64,000 nt of DNA, from NCBI RefSeq assembly GCF_006345805.1, contig NC_043007.1:43586001-43650000 (forward strand). The letters run 5' to 3'. The notes beneath the pieces were generated by a model. That model did no database searches. It was not told where the DNA came from and saw only the letters and a program-made list of their open reading frames with translations. Positions 1-13,184 of this stretch are shown in pieces (the first letter of the stretch is position 1; every line of letters starts with the position of its first letter). The translations under genes and the position numbers were made by a program. The DNA is from Octopus sinensis (lineage: Eukaryota).

Positions 1-573
1 CAGTCCGGTACTTTATTTATGAATGCATCTTCAATAATACATGGTTAATAAAAACCTATTTTAAGTTTACAAACAAATAATTTTCATTTTTTAATACAGT
101 ACAGTAAAAAAATGTAATCTAAATTTACGAATACAATTTGGCGGTGCTTACCGTACATCGTGGACGCTTTATTTATGAATGCGGTTTGCAATAGGACATG
201 GTAAAACAAAAGCCTTTTTAAAGCTTACGAAACAAATTCAGTAAATATTATTATTTTGCAATTGTAAAAAAACAATAAAATTATTTAAAATTTACCAATA
301 CGTACATACAATTTGGTGGTTTACATCGCGGATGTAGATGGCTGTGGATCGTTAGTATCAACAGCTAAATCTGGCTGTTCTTGTTGTTCGATGCACTTAA
401 AAAATTGAACTGTCTTCTTTTCCTCAAGGATTACATAATAAGGAGCAAAAGCTTCGTGACAAACCCCCATAACGAGAAAGCAGCCGATAAACAGACGTAA
501 GCAAATCTGAATTCAAAACAATCGCGGGTATCACGAATGACACCGACGCCTAACGGTAGATATTGAAACTACA

Positions 574-1496
574 GTTGCAGGGGAACTGACACATCCGGTT
601 TGCAGTTGAAAAAGATTATGAAACGAAACTAGATGAATCGAAAATCATGATGGAAAATTTAAGGAAAGTCTTATAATGATAAGAGAAGTACTAAAAAAAC
701 TGGATCAAAGTGTTAATATACTTCTGATGGGTGACTCAAACTTCACCAACATCAAATGGCGCGAAGACTACATAATCTCGCAAAGAGCGTAATCAAGCAG
801 AATCTCTACTTGACCTCACAAAAATGCTGTTCATGGAGCAAACAATACTCTTCCCAACCAGGAATGATAACATATTAGACCTCTGTTTCACCAACAATGT
901 AGGTCTTATCCATAACATGAAGGTAACGCTGACAATCTTTTCAGGCCACAGCATGGTAGAACGACGATGTATAGTCCAAAACCAATTAATGATGTATTCC
1001 ACACAGACGACACCCAAACTCTGTCTAGTCTAAACTTCTACAAGACTGAGTGGAAGTCAAATGAAAAATGGAATACATCATTAATTGGTTTTGGACTATA
1101 CATCGTCGTTCTACCATGCTGTGGCCTGAAAAGATTGTCAGCGTTACCTTCATGTTATGGATAAGACCTACATTGTTGGTGAAACAGAGGTCTAATATAT
1201 TATCATTCCTGGTTGGGAAGAGTATTGTTTGCTCCATGAACAGCATTTTTGTGAGGTCAAGTAGAGATTCTGCTTGATTACGCTCTTTGCGAGATTATGT
1301 AGTCTTCGCGCCATTTGATGTTGGTGAAGTTTGAGTCACCCATCAGAAGTATATTAACACTTTGATCCAGTTTTTTTAGTACTTCTCTTATCATTATAAG
1401 ACTTTCCTTAAATTTTCCATCATGATTTTCGATTCATCTAGTTTCGTTTCATAATCTTTTTCAACTGCAAACCGGATGTGTCAGTTCCCCTGCAAC
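574..1496. repeat. Long inverted repeat, arms 574-1001 and 1069-1496 (428 bp), 67 bp spacer
   Basis: Arms are reverse complements. I saw one mismatch (aacatatt vs aatatatt). Mirrored ORFs 824-1033(+) and 1025-1246(-). Confidence 0.95.
700..1065 (+). mobile_element. LINE APE-endonuclease fragment (CR1/L2/jockey-like), decayed
   Basis: Motifs LLMGDSNF..IKW, PTRNDNILDLCFTNN, SGH (SDH-like) and LNFYKTEW. Confidence 0.7.
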
Positions 1497-1559
1497 AATA
1501 GAAAGACCAATAAATAAGACAACGCAGTGATTTCATGATTTCGTTCACTAAGCTACACT

Positions 1560-1807
1560 CCTTTATGGTGTGTATCTTAACATTTACTGTATGTATTTTA
1601 ATATGATTTTATATGCTTTTATTCTTATTTATTTTATGTGCTTTTAACGGTTTTCTAGTGATTTTACCATTCCAATATTTGTGGCGGACAGGCGAAAGTC
1701 GAGTAAAAGGACAAACTTGATTTTTATTTTTCCATATATTATTTTTGAAAGCCGACGTATAATCGAGTACGACTTAAATCGAAACGACTTAAACCGAGGT
1801 ATGCCTG
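1560..1807. mobile_element. Possible pogo/Tigger-like DNA transposon end
   Basis: Ends cgaggtatgcctg; its reverse complement CAGGCATACCTCG resembles Tigger-type TIR starts. Other end not identified. Confidence 0.35.
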
Positions 1808-1829
1808 CTTTTGTAAGTAATCTGGCTTT

Positions 1830-2992
1830 GGTCTAATTCTTCTTTCATTTGCTTTATCTAGTGTGATGTTGCTACTCTTAACTAGTTTTCCTCTTTTCAA
1901 GGTTGCTTTGGCACATTTTTCTAAGCCAAATTTCATGCTTATTTCTGTGGTAAATCCATGTACCGCCTGTAGTAATGTTTCCAGCTGTTTATCATGTGTA
2001 GCGTAGCGTTTTAGATCATGCATATATAAGAGGTGGCTGATTGTTCTGCCGTAACAGTTATATCCACATCCAGTACTGTTTAGCATGCCAGGTAAAGGTG
2101 TCGGTGCCAAGCAGAAAAGGAGTGGAGAGAGCGTGTCTCCCTGGAATATTCTTCTAATCGGGATGGCCCTGGTTTTTATGAGTCCCTCTTTTGTCTGGAG
2201 CTGTAGCACTCTGTCATTTATTCTTGGAATGTTTTATATATTTTATGATTATTGGTGCTACCTTGTTCATGGCTAGTGTTTGTAGGATCCATGTATGGGA
2301 ATACTATCAAAAGCCTTTCGGTAATCGATCTATGCTATACTTAAACCCTTCTTCTCATTGCGGCTGTCTTCAGTTATGGCTTTATTGATCAGTAGCTGAT
2401 CTTTACAGCCGTATGAGCCCTTGCTGCATCCCTTCTGCTCTTCTGGAAACAGGTTGTTTTCTTCCAGTTACTTGCTCATTCTCTGCGATATTATTGAAGT
2501 AAAGGCTTTGTAAATTGTAGGGAGACAAGTTATCGATTTTTATTTTTATGGGTTTGCCTTTTCAGTGGATTTGGGAATTAGGATAGTTTTCCCTTCCGTG
2601 AGCCATTCAGACATTGTCTTTGGCTCTACTAGTATTTGATTAAATTTCTCAGTCAGCTTTTTATGTGTTCCTGTTAGGTATTTTAACCAGAAGTTGGAGA
2701 TCTTGTCGTGCCCTGGTGCCTTACAGTTGCTTAGTTTTTGCAGTGCCTGGGTGACCTCTTCAGTGTTATAGGGGTCCAGAGTTGTTCAGGTGCTGAGCTC
2801 GTTGCTCCTTTTCTGAGATAGTTCCTTCGCTGACCATATTCCTTTCCAAAATTCTTCCACTTCCTCTGCTGTTGGAGTTGCATTGATCTATATTTTATAT
2901 ATATATTAAGTTCTTGGTAGAATCTTTTGGGGTTTGAGTTGAACTGTTTGTTTTATTCAAAGAAACGTTGGCGTTTCTCATACCAGCGGATT
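1830..2992 (-). mobile_element. R4/Dong-like non-LTR retrotransposon RT fragment
   Basis: ITCLPTIYK, EEQKGC..GSYGCKDQLLINK, RRIFQGDTLSPLLFCLA, HLLYMHDLK, MKFGLEKCAK; with frameshifts and stops. Confidence 0.85.
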
Positions 2993-3059
2993 CACACACA
3001 ACAGATTAGACTGTTGGAAAACAAAAATTCCTAACATCGGGCTACAACAAGTAGCCTTA

Positions 3060-4345
3060 GATGCCAAGAACCCTCCTAAGTATCCTAGCTGTTCCTAATA
3101 GCACTGTTTTATGGAGCTGTACTAAACTGGGTTTTATGCCTATTTCCTCTATCCATCTGTTCAAATCTTTAGGGATAGTTGCTAATGTACCTATAACTAC
3201 TAGGATAATTTTACCCGCACTTTCCATAGTCTGTAACTCAGTGGTCCTGGTACTTTGCTACTTTTTCTATAAATCTTATACTAATGTTTTCATTATTTGG
3301 GCCTGTAAAGTCAATTGTCTGGCACTTTCTGTTCTCTTTATCTACTACTACTAAATCAGGCCTTCTAACTTCTCTTACTCTGTCTGTCCGAATGTTAAAG
3401 TCCCACAACATCCTATATTTCTTACTTTCTAATACTTTACCAGGTTCATGTTCATACCATTTATCAGTATGGTCAAATACTAGCTTTCTACATAACTCTC
3501 AGTGGATTCGCCTTTGGTTGTTATGTCTTTTCATGTATCCTTTCTGTGCCAGCATGCTACATTCGCTTGCAAGCGAATGTAGCAAGTAACACTTGACTCT
3601 TTTAATTTGCATAACCTACATTGGGAATCGACTTGGTTTTTGTCTATCTTGGTTTTTATCCAATTAGTCCTTAATGCTTGATCTTGTGCTGCTATTAACA
3701 AACTTTCTGTCTTCTTTTCTACAACCATAACCATGTCTCACTACTGCTATTTACTGCTAGTATCTGTGGGAATCTACCTGCCACTCAGATAACTTTTGTT
3801 CTTTTTTCTGGTTTTTAACTTCGCTTTGTTTTTTGGTGTCCCTATGTCTTGCTGTGACACTAGTTCTTTTGTCTAGCTTTGTCCAATCTACAAAAGCTGC
3901 TGAGTATGAAAGTAATGATACTACCCAAGTATTTACAGCCTTCACTAGATTCGAACCATTTAGCTTTGACTTTATTAACTTCCTCACTTTTCTGATGTAC
4001 TCCTCAATTTTCGTTTTTACTTCTATAGTTAGTCCTCTGTCAGATTCTAATACTTCTGGACATTTATAACTCTCTCCTTCTTTCAATGATTTTAATGTCT
4101 GGCCATCTGGCAATTGGATGCCTTCACTGTAGACGACCTGTTCTCTTCTTATGACTGATATTTCACACTTATCTATCCCAAATTCCATATCTATATCTTT
4201 GCTGAAGAGTCTTACAGTCTGTATTAAGGAATCTATCTCTTTCATTCTTGGCAAAACACTTCAAATCATCTATGTAGAGCAAATGGCAATTTTTCCCTTA
4301 CTATTTCTGAACTGATACCCTGCCTTTGCCTTCCTTAATACTAAA
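3060..4345 (-). mobile_element. R4/Dong-like non-LTR retrotransposon 3' fragment (RT end, Zn knuckle, restriction-like endonuclease)
   Basis: DIDMEFGIDKC, SKLNGSNLVKAVNTW, TESLLIAAQDQALRT, CRLC, LWDFNIRTD..RPDL, LLGTARILRRVLG. Abuts a (TTA)/(TAA)n tract at 4359-4460. Confidence 0.85.
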
Positions 4346-4381
4346 CTGAGGGGGAGGGTTATTATTATTATTATTATTATT

Positions 4382-4427
<46 letters not shown>

Positions 4428-4461
4428 GTAATAATAAAAAATAATGATAATAATAATAATA

Positions 4462-4660
4462 TTGGTTTCCAATTTTGGTACAAGGTCAATAATTTCGGGC
4501 AGGCGTATATCGACTCCAGTGCTCGGCCCCAGAGCTCAAATGGTACTTACATTATGGATCTCGAAAAGATGAAAGGTAAAAGTCGGCCTCGGCAGAATTT
4601 GAACTCAGAACGTGAAGACGGACGAAATGCCGTTAAGCATTTTCCCCAGCATGCTAACGA
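4462..4660 (-). mobile_element. tRNA-derived SINE family A copy
   Basis: Reverse complement of B-box gagttcaaattc..ccgagg and the cctttcatc..tcg core. Confidence 0.75.
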
Positions 4661-4901
4661 TATGTAGATTATTCAAGAATTTAAAACAAAGTATGCGTTT
4701 CGATGCTTATATTAAATCTCAATGGGCAATTAATTCAAGCGTTTCTTACGTTGCAAGTTTTTTATAAGGCGGCAGTTGCGAGTATAAACTCACCAATATA
4801 AATATCAGCATGGAGTATTTTATTTATAGACATGCACACATAAACCCATATGCGTGGCATTACATATACTTTATATATACATAGATGGATGCATACATAT
4901 A

Positions 4902-5135
4902 TACGAGGTGGGAGGTGTGTTCAAAAGTTCCTGGATTCAAGAGTGTTGCGAAAGGCCTGGTTGTAGGTCCAAACCTCCGAGTTCTTTTACAGGGCTAAGC
5001 AAGAAAAAAAAAACTGAAGAACCGCTGCAATGTGTGTGAATGTGAGAGAGAAATATGTTGAGTAAAATCATAATTAACTGATCCCCATGTATTTTCTTTT
5101 ATCCAAATCCAGGGATTTTTCTGCATCCCCTTGTA
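4902..5135. mobile_element. Mariner-type MITE (family also at 18788-18945 and 61098-61312)
   Basis: Imperfect TIRs tacgagg..aaaagttcctgg / ccagggatttttc..ccccttgta with TA flanks. Internal sequence shared with the 61.1 kb copy in opposite orientation. Confidence 0.65.
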
Positions 5136-5220
5136 TATGTGTGTGCGTGTGCACGTGTCTGTGTGTGTATGTGTGTATTTACATACATATGCCCGTATGC
5201 TTATATACATATACATATAC

Positions 5221-5270
<50 letters not shown>

Positions 5271-5689
5271 ATATGTTTATATATATGTGTGTGTATGTAT
5301 ATATGCATGTATATATATATGTCAACTGCCCAGCTATCGCGGAAAATATGGTGACTGCAATCGCCATATTTTCTGCCATCATTACCATCTCTGAAAAGCG
5401 CAGGGTTACATAATCGGGCTATTATCTAACACTCCCTTTAACTCCTTGCGCGAAACCGATTGGTAAGATCGGGCGTAATGGATACATAATAGTGTACAGT
5501 TCAATTAATACATAAATACATATATACATACATACGTTTACATACACATACATCCATATATATGTGTTTATGTGTGCGTTTATATACATACATACATACA
5601 GTGAGAGAGAGAGTGAGAGAGAACGAGAACAAAAAGAAAAAAACAAAATGGGATAAGTTCACGATCAAAAAGATTATTTTGTTGCACAG

Positions 5690-5946
5690 GGAAAATGAGA
5701 GAATTAATAGTGACCTTTCGGACATTGATCTTTTTCGGAATATGGATGGATGAGAGAAAATATGGATAGAGCAGAAAAAAATATGGGTGTGGTGGAAAGA
5801 GAGGAGGAAAGACGACGAAAAAATTGAGGCGAAAATGGCCACGTGAAACTGGTCTACTTAGTGGCCTTTATGCACACATACACACATGCATACACACATG
5901 CATACATGCATACATACATACATACATACATACATACATACATACA

Positions 5947-5979
<33 letters not shown>

Positions 5980-6670
5980 GCACACCTATAAAGAGAATGA
6001 TACTACGAAGCTGGCTAGATCGTGCTAAATCGATTCTTTATAGACTTAATCCTTTGGACGGATGGAAAATTTCCAGGAGAACTCTACTGAAGTGGCTGCA
6101 AATGAAGAATATTTTTTCTCTAATGAGGAGATATTGCAGGTTGCTTCAGAATCTGGAACATTTCTCTTTTAGGCAAATCCTAAAGTTCCGTGACATGTTC
6201 AAGTATGGAGCGACCTGATTAAACTATAGTTCGTATTACTGGAGAGCATGCCAGTTCCTGGTCATCAGCTCGACAGAGATGTGATTTTTTTTGTTCATTA
6301 ATTTGAATGAATGGAGATATTAATAAGAACGGTCTTTGAAAATATTTGCGGTTAGACTTGTATTGAAAATATTATTTTCAATATCATGTTGGTGTTGTTA
6401 TTGTTGCTCGGGATGGGATTGCTTTAGAGACTCAGGACCCCTTTAGCAAACAGGTAGATGGATTTCGATAGTATGAGTTTGGAATAGGGTTCTATGGATG
6501 TGTATTTTCATTTATATTATTTGATGTATTCAGTCAGGAATAGATGACCTGAACGTTGTGTGAATCGAAGGGTTTACGTTAGTTGTGCGTAGGTGGAAAA
6601 CAATGTCTTGTTAAAGCTAGGAAATTCGTAGCTATGTTTGTGGGAACATCTACATTGCCTGGCTGATTAA
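5690..6670 (-). mobile_element. Penelope-like element C-terminal relic
   Basis: Minus-strand translation NIATNFLALTRHCFPPTHN*RKPFDSHNVQVIYS resembles the PLE RT-to-GIY-YIG linker (NIGK.FL.LI..HFP..H.L.KIFN.NTVKVSYS). FSWKI motif downstream. Heavily decayed. Confidence 0.55.
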
Positions 6671-6931
6671 GCTAGATTAGCTTCCTCATCCGTAGGTAGG
6701 ATCTTATCCATATAAGGTAGTTTCTCATTGAAACCACTTATATCTGCGGCATTGTTATAAAAGAGCACTGTTTTATAGAAGCTATTTGTCCAAGGACACA
6801 TCAGAACTTCTGCACTAATGTGGGTAACAAGCTTCCTAATTATAACTGGCGGAAACTTTATGTATTCACGCATATATAAACACCATAGAGACACACAATA
6901 CATCACAGAAACAGATACATGCATCACAGAA

Positions 6932-6971
<40 letters not shown>

Positions 6972-7323
6972 GTACATTTGAATTTACAAACAAGAAGTGA
7001 CCAATACAGAAGTACAATGTAATTATTTATTATGGCATTGAGATTATTCCCTATTGCTACTTCGAGTTTCGCAAAGTCTCGCAGATTACGAAATTCAGGA
7101 TTAGCGAGGATTCATGAAATTCGCAGTAGCAACAAAAAGCAATCGCAACACTATAATATATATATATATAATATATATATATATATATAAATATACACAT
7201 ACATATATATATGTATATATATAAATGTGTCTGTATATAAATCTATATCTATTTATCTATCTCTATCTATCTATCTTTCTATCTCTATATATACATATAT
7301 ATATATACATATACATACATACA

Positions 7324-7359
<36 letters not shown>

Positions 7360-7376
7360 TATATATTATATATATA

Positions 7377-7433
<57 letters not shown>

Positions 7434-7994
7434 CATACATATACATACATACATACATACACACACATGTTTGTTTACGTGAGTTGTATTGAAAACATAT
7501 TTATGGTCTGGTTTTATTTTGTTTCTCAAGTTTTTAAAAATATTTCCGTATAAGTTCCTTGGTGATCGTTTAGACCATAAAATTACTATATCCATTATCG
7601 GCGTCTTCAGACCTTTGCAGTCTCATCTTCTGGACGAAGTTATGTTGGCGTGTGTTGCTTCTTGTTATATTATGGAAGGCCAATATGGTTGGTGCAGATG
7701 CCACCGCCGGAATTTGATTTTTGTGACCGTTATATTCACACATAATTAATAAAATTTTAATTTTTTTTGTAACAAATTTAAGTTATTTGTGTTTTATCAT
7801 GTTGCTATGTAAACAGTACTCCTCCCACCATCATTCATTTTCTGGGGAATTCTGCAGAGTATACATATATTGTAGTACACTAATGTTTTCCTATTTAATT
7901 TTGACTTGTGTTGTGTACACACACATACAGTTAATATGATACAATAATTAAAAAAGAATGAAAAAATATTCATAAAGATCCGCTTCGTTAATTT

Positions 7995-8126
7995 TCAAAA
8001 TATCATTGCCTCTTTCATTATAGATGTTATATACTTGAAAAAGTCCGACCAGGCTTCTTCAGTTTCTATTGTCCATTTATCTTTCATGGTTGGCTTGACT
8101 GCAAGAATAAACTGCGGTCCAATTAA
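7995..8126 (-). CDS. Duplicate copy of globin exon 3 (distal copy in tandem duplication)
   Basis: Same acceptor and same 43 aa plus TGA as 9307-9438, offset by 1312 bp. Unclear whether it is used or is real. Confidence 0.6.
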   Translation of the reverse strand, partial: LIGPQFILAVKPTMKDKWTIETEEAWSDFFKYITSIMKEAMIF

Positions 8127-8217
8127 CTGCAAAAAAAAGAAAAAGGAAGAAAAAAATATTTATATGATGTATAATATGCGTATATACATACATATATATA
8201 TATACACACACACACAC

Positions 8218-8254
<37 letters not shown>

Positions 8255-8431
8255 GTACATTTGAATTTACAAACAAGAAGTGACCAATACAGAAGTACAA
8301 TGTAATTATTTATTATGGCATTGAGATTATTCCCTATTGCTACTTCGAGTTTCGCAAAGTCTCGCAGATTACGAAATTCAGGATTAGCGAGGATTCATGA
8401 AATTCGCAGTAGCAACAAAAAGCAATCGCAA

Positions 8432-8495
<64 letters not shown>

Positions 8496-8621
8496 TACAC
8501 ATACATATATATATGTATATATATAAATGTGTCTGTATATAAATCTATATCTATTTATCTATCTCCATCTATCTATCTTTCTATCTCTATATATACATAT
8601 ATATATATACATATACATACA

Positions 8622-8657
<36 letters not shown>

Positions 8658-8667
8658 TATATTATAT

Positions 8668-8740
<73 letters not shown>

Positions 8741-9306
8741 ATATATATACATACATATACATACATACATACACACACATGTTTGTTTACGTGAGTTGTA
8801 TTGAAAACATATTTATGGTCTGGTTTTATTTTGTTTCTCAAGTTTTTAAAAATATTTCCGTATAAGTTCCTTGGTGATCGTTTAGACCATAAAATTACTA
8901 TATCCATTATCGGCGTCTTCAGACCTTTGCAGTCTCATCTTCTGGACGAAGTTATGTTGGCGTGTGTTGCTTCTTGTTATATTATGGAAGGCCAATATGG
9001 TTGGTGCAGATGCCACCGCCGGAATTTGATTTTTGTGACCGTTATATTCACACATAATTAATAAAATTTTAATTTTTTTTGTAACAAATTTAAGTTATTT
9101 GTGTTTTATCATGTTGCTATGTAAACAGTACTCCTCCCACCATCATTCATTTTCTGGGGAATTCTGCAGAGTATACATATATTGTAGTACACTAATGTTT
9201 TCCTATTTAATTTTGACTTGTGTTGTGTACACACACATACAGTTAATATGATACAATAATTAAAAAAGAATGAAAAAATATTCATAAAGATCCGCTTCGT
9301 TAATTT

Positions 9307-9438
9307 TCAAAATATCATTGCCTCTTTCATTATAGATGTTATATACTTGAAAAAGTCCGACCAGGCTTCTTCAGTTTCTATTGTCCATTTATCTTTCATG
9401 GTTGGCTTGACTGCAAGAATAAACTGCGGTCCAATTAA
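9307..9438 (-). CDS. Globin coding exon 3 (G7 to H helix and stop), proximal copy
   Basis: Acceptor cttttttttgcag|TTA. Translates LIGPQFILAVKPTMKDKWTIETEEAWSDFFKYITSIMKEAMIF* (WT..E.EAW H-helix signature). Phase matches exon 2. Too short for the ORF track. Confidence 0.92.
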   Translation of the reverse strand, partial: LIGPQFILAVKPTMKDKWTIETEEAWSDFFKYITSIMKEAMIF

Positions 9439-9528
9439 CTGCAAAAAAAAGAAAAAGGAAGAAAAAAATATTTATATGATGTATAAATATGCGTATATAC
9501 ATACATATATATATACATACACACACAC

Positions 9529-9563
<35 letters not shown>

Positions 9564-9600
9564 TTATATGATGTATAAATATGCGTATATACATACATAC

Positions 9601-9643
<43 letters not shown>

Positions 9644-9672
9644 CATATGTATGTATATATATAAATAAATAA

Positions 9673-9737
<65 letters not shown>

Positions 9738-10619
9738 TATGTATATGCATTTATATGTGTATATATCTATCTATACATATGAGTATAGATATGTATACAC
9801 ATATACACATATCGAAATATATTTACATATGTATATGATTATAAAAAAATTAACAGTAACCGTGAAATATCACGCATATTCGATTTTTCAAACAAAATCT
9901 GAATTTCGATGAAAATTGAAAATAGTTTTATAGATTAATTTAATAATATAAAAAAATTAAAATTAAAAATTATATAAGGACTCTATAATGATCACATGTG
10001 TGTGTGTGTGTGGTGTGTGTGTGTGTGTGTGAGTGTTTTCCTCAAATTTGTATTATTAAAAGTTTCACAGATCCACCCTACAAAGAAAAAAAAAATCAGC
10101 CGATTGCTAGGACACTTAAATACTAGTTGATAAAGCATTTATGGTTTCTATATAAGGTTAATTTTCACTGCAAGGAAAACTTTTATGTCATGCATTTCTC
10201 AGTAAGGAGAAATTTAGATGGAATTAAATTTCGGTTAAAATTCAGGCAACGTTTATTAACGAGAAATAACTGAAAATTAACAGAATGGTCTGTTTGTGTC
10301 AGTTTTCTTATTAAGATATATAGTGGGCTGTTGCAATATGTGCATTTTATCACAGAGATACGCAAACAGTAGCTGCACTCTCCAAAGTAGTAAGTATGGG
10401 CCTTATCGAGACTACTTCTACTTATATGAGACATGTTATTTCCCTGATACCTCTTGAAACCACCAGATCTATGCTCTCTGTTCAAACCTGACATATATCT
10501 CTGAGTGTCGGTTAATTTAAAACCAATAACATTCTGACGTAGATGATAGTTAACGAGGTGGAAATAGCGAAATGTGACTTGTAAGTTCGTATTTACTGCA
10601 GATATTACATTGTTTTTAT

Positions 10620-10866
10620 GTTTCAGGATTGGCGAAAGCAATGTGGTGGACAACGAAAAACCTGGCTGATGACAGTCAAGGCTGATCTGGAACCCAACCT
10701 AGGCCTCCATATCTACGGCGTTCGCCGCTGGAATAAGGAGTGGTTGGAGATCACGTGGTCGTTAGCCTCAAATCGCCAGGTCTGGTCGGCGTTTGTGAGA
10801 GATGCAGCATTGAGGATGAATAAAACCAGTTCAACCCACCCCGGGCGAATGCTGTCTCAAGACAAG
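10620..10866 (+). mobile_element. RTE-clade LINE 3' end fragment
   Basis: WRKQCGGQRKTWLMTVKADL...W..LASNRQVW matches the typical RTE C-terminus. Confidence 0.65.
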
Positions 10867-11267
10867 AAGAATGGCTTTTATGCGGCTGCATCAGCTGACT
10901 TAAAAAAATGTTTAAAGGGCCGCTAGCATTTATAAAAAAGGAAAACTTAATTTATCATGCAGGAGTTGGTTCAATGACAACACTTTCTTCATAAAAACTG
11001 TTTTAATTAACACAATATTGGAACCGATTCCGTGATCGTTTCTCTTTTATATATGCATTATTATGTAAAATTTAAACTAAACTGGTGTAAATATTGTACA
11101 ACAATAGTACTCACTTACTTTATAAAAAAAAAAAAAAACTGCTGCAGTAATATAGCACATCATATTAAACTCAGATCAACGGGTAACAGTTTTTGCTTGT
11201 AACTTAATTCATCATAATCGCATTCGAAAACTGTTCTATTCTTTTATAATTTTTTTTTTATTTTTTC

Positions 11268-11668
11268 ATCTTTTATCTTTTACTTGTTTCACTCATTAGG
11301 TTGCGGTCATGCTGAAGCACCGCCTTGAAGAATTTTTAGTCGAATGAATCGACTCCAGTACTCATTTTATTTAAGGCTTGGTCCTTATTCTATCGGTCAC
11401 TTTTGCCGAAACGCTAAGTTACGAGTACGTAAACGCACCAACACCGGTGGTCGAGCGGTGGTGGTGGACACACACATACACAAAGACAGTCACACACACA
11501 CACACACACATGCATATACGACGAGCTTCTTTCACTTTTCGTCTACCAAATCCACTCACAAGGATTTAGTCGGTCCGAGGCTATGGTAGAAGACACGTGC
11601 CCAAGATATCACGCAGTGGGACTGAATCCGGAGCCATGTGGTTGGGAAGCAAGCTACTTACCACACAG
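11268..11668 (-). mobile_element. tRNA-derived SINE family B (internal (TG)n), near full length
   Basis: Reverse complement of gtgtggtaagtagcttgcttcccaaccacatgg..ttcagtcccactgcgtg ... tgaaacaagtaaaaga tail. Confidence 0.8.
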
Positions 11669-12062
11669 AGACAAAGATCTTTTCCCGTTACATTTGTCCC
11701 AGTGGACTTAATATACTGGAGTAGATTTAACATACAATGTTCCTCAGAGGTTTTGTAGCATAGTGGTGGCGGCGATAGTAGTGGTAATAGTGATGATGGT
11801 AATGATAGTAATACTGATGTTAGGGATGGTGGTGTAGGTGGTAACTGTTAAATTTATTTCAAGTTTAAATTTATTTCATGAAGTTTCAATATTCTCATAG
11901 CATAATTATAATGTGTTCAATAACAGTTCCACCAAAACTGCGTTAACTGTCTATATTCTGAAGGGTAGGCTCGGAAGAGATGGCAGTGGCACCACTCTGA
12001 CCAGATATGTTCTTACTATCTAGGAACGCAAAAAGGCACCATCAGTTTACAATATTTTTAAC

Positions 12063-12265
12063 CAGCGAGCTTGCAGAATCGTTAGCACGCCCGGCAAAAT
12101 TCTTAGCGGCATTACGTTCTGAGTTCAAATTCCACCGAGGTCGACTTTGCCTTTCATCCGTTCGGGGTCGATAAAAATAAGTACAAGTTGAGCACTGGGG
12201 TCGATGTAATTAGCTTACCCACTTTCCCAAATTGCTGGTCTTGTGCTAAAAATTGAAGTCAATAT
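12063..12265 (+). mobile_element. SINE family A copy
   Basis: gcgagcttgcagaatcgttagc ... gagttcaaattccaccgaggtcgactttgcctttcatcc..tcggggtcgataaa. Confidence 0.8.
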
Positions 12266-12628
12266 CTTTCACTGACTCCTGCAATTTTTTTGTGGGGCAA
12301 AGCATTTCTAATGTTATATCATCAAATGAGAAAATCATATGAAAATTCTAACGGTGCTTGAAGTAATCAGACTGATGTATTTTCAGTAGACAAGACTTCC
12401 TTATCGATTGCCATTGTAACTTAAAGTACTATCAAAAAAGAAAAAAAAATTGCTTTTCAGTCGACTTTTACAACAACCACTTGTATTTTCTTCATTTTGC
12501 TTCTACTATGTTTTCTTATTACAATAATATCTATAAACTCCTATAAATGTGATGATTCTTTTTTTGCTATCTATACGCAGACATAGACACATAAGCATAG
12601 AAACACAGCTGTACTCTCATGAATAGAC

Positions 12629-12704
<76 letters not shown>

Positions 12705-13184
12705 GGTTAAAAATAGCAAAAAAAGAAAAAAATGATAATTCTTTCGGAAAACTTTTCTGTTGACTACAGTGTTTTCTAGATTAGTTGTTTTGTATATTCA
12801 TTCCTTCTTCAGTAACGATGTTTTTATTGTTCTTTGGTGGTGGTAGTGTGGTGGTGATGATAGTGATAATGATGATGGTAGTGATAATGGTGGCGATGTT
12901 GATGGCGATGGTGATGGTAATCGCAGTGAATGTGATGATAGCGATGTTGGTATGGGTGATGGTGTTGACGACAAAAGGGATGGTCGTGATGTCAATGGAG
13001 GTGGTAGTAGTTGTGGTGTTGTTGAAATCATGGTGGTCATAATCATGATGAAGCAGTGTTTTAATCGTTTCTAATTTAAGCACAAAGCCAACAATCTTAT
13101 CGTCCTACCCAATCGATATTATCGATTCCTACCATCGCCCTACCCAATCGATATTATTATACCATATGCCATCGACCACAATAC

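Larger units (their letters stand above)
6935..9550. repeat. ~1.3 kb direct tandem duplication (two units) containing globin exon 3 and its 3' flank
   Basis: ORFs 7489-7749/8801-9061 are identical and 8035/9347 start identically. Unit junctions fall in (CA)n tracts at ~6935-6967, ~8205-8250 and ~9520-9548. Confidence 0.95.

Noticed and set aside
5700-5745. Hammerhead-like motif at the end of the Penelope-like relic (minus strand CCGAAAA...GAAAGGTC)
   Set aside because: Two core mismatches and poor stems; too degenerate to call.
10183-10653. 156 aa minus-strand ORF in intron 2
   Set aside because: No recognisable motif or splice context; it overlaps an RTE fragment on the other strand.
12781-13083. 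Thr/Ile- or Val/Met-rich ORFs (also 41777-42256, 56636-56999, 60014-60275)
   Set aside because: Degenerate trinucleotide repeats; no splice or domain evidence.
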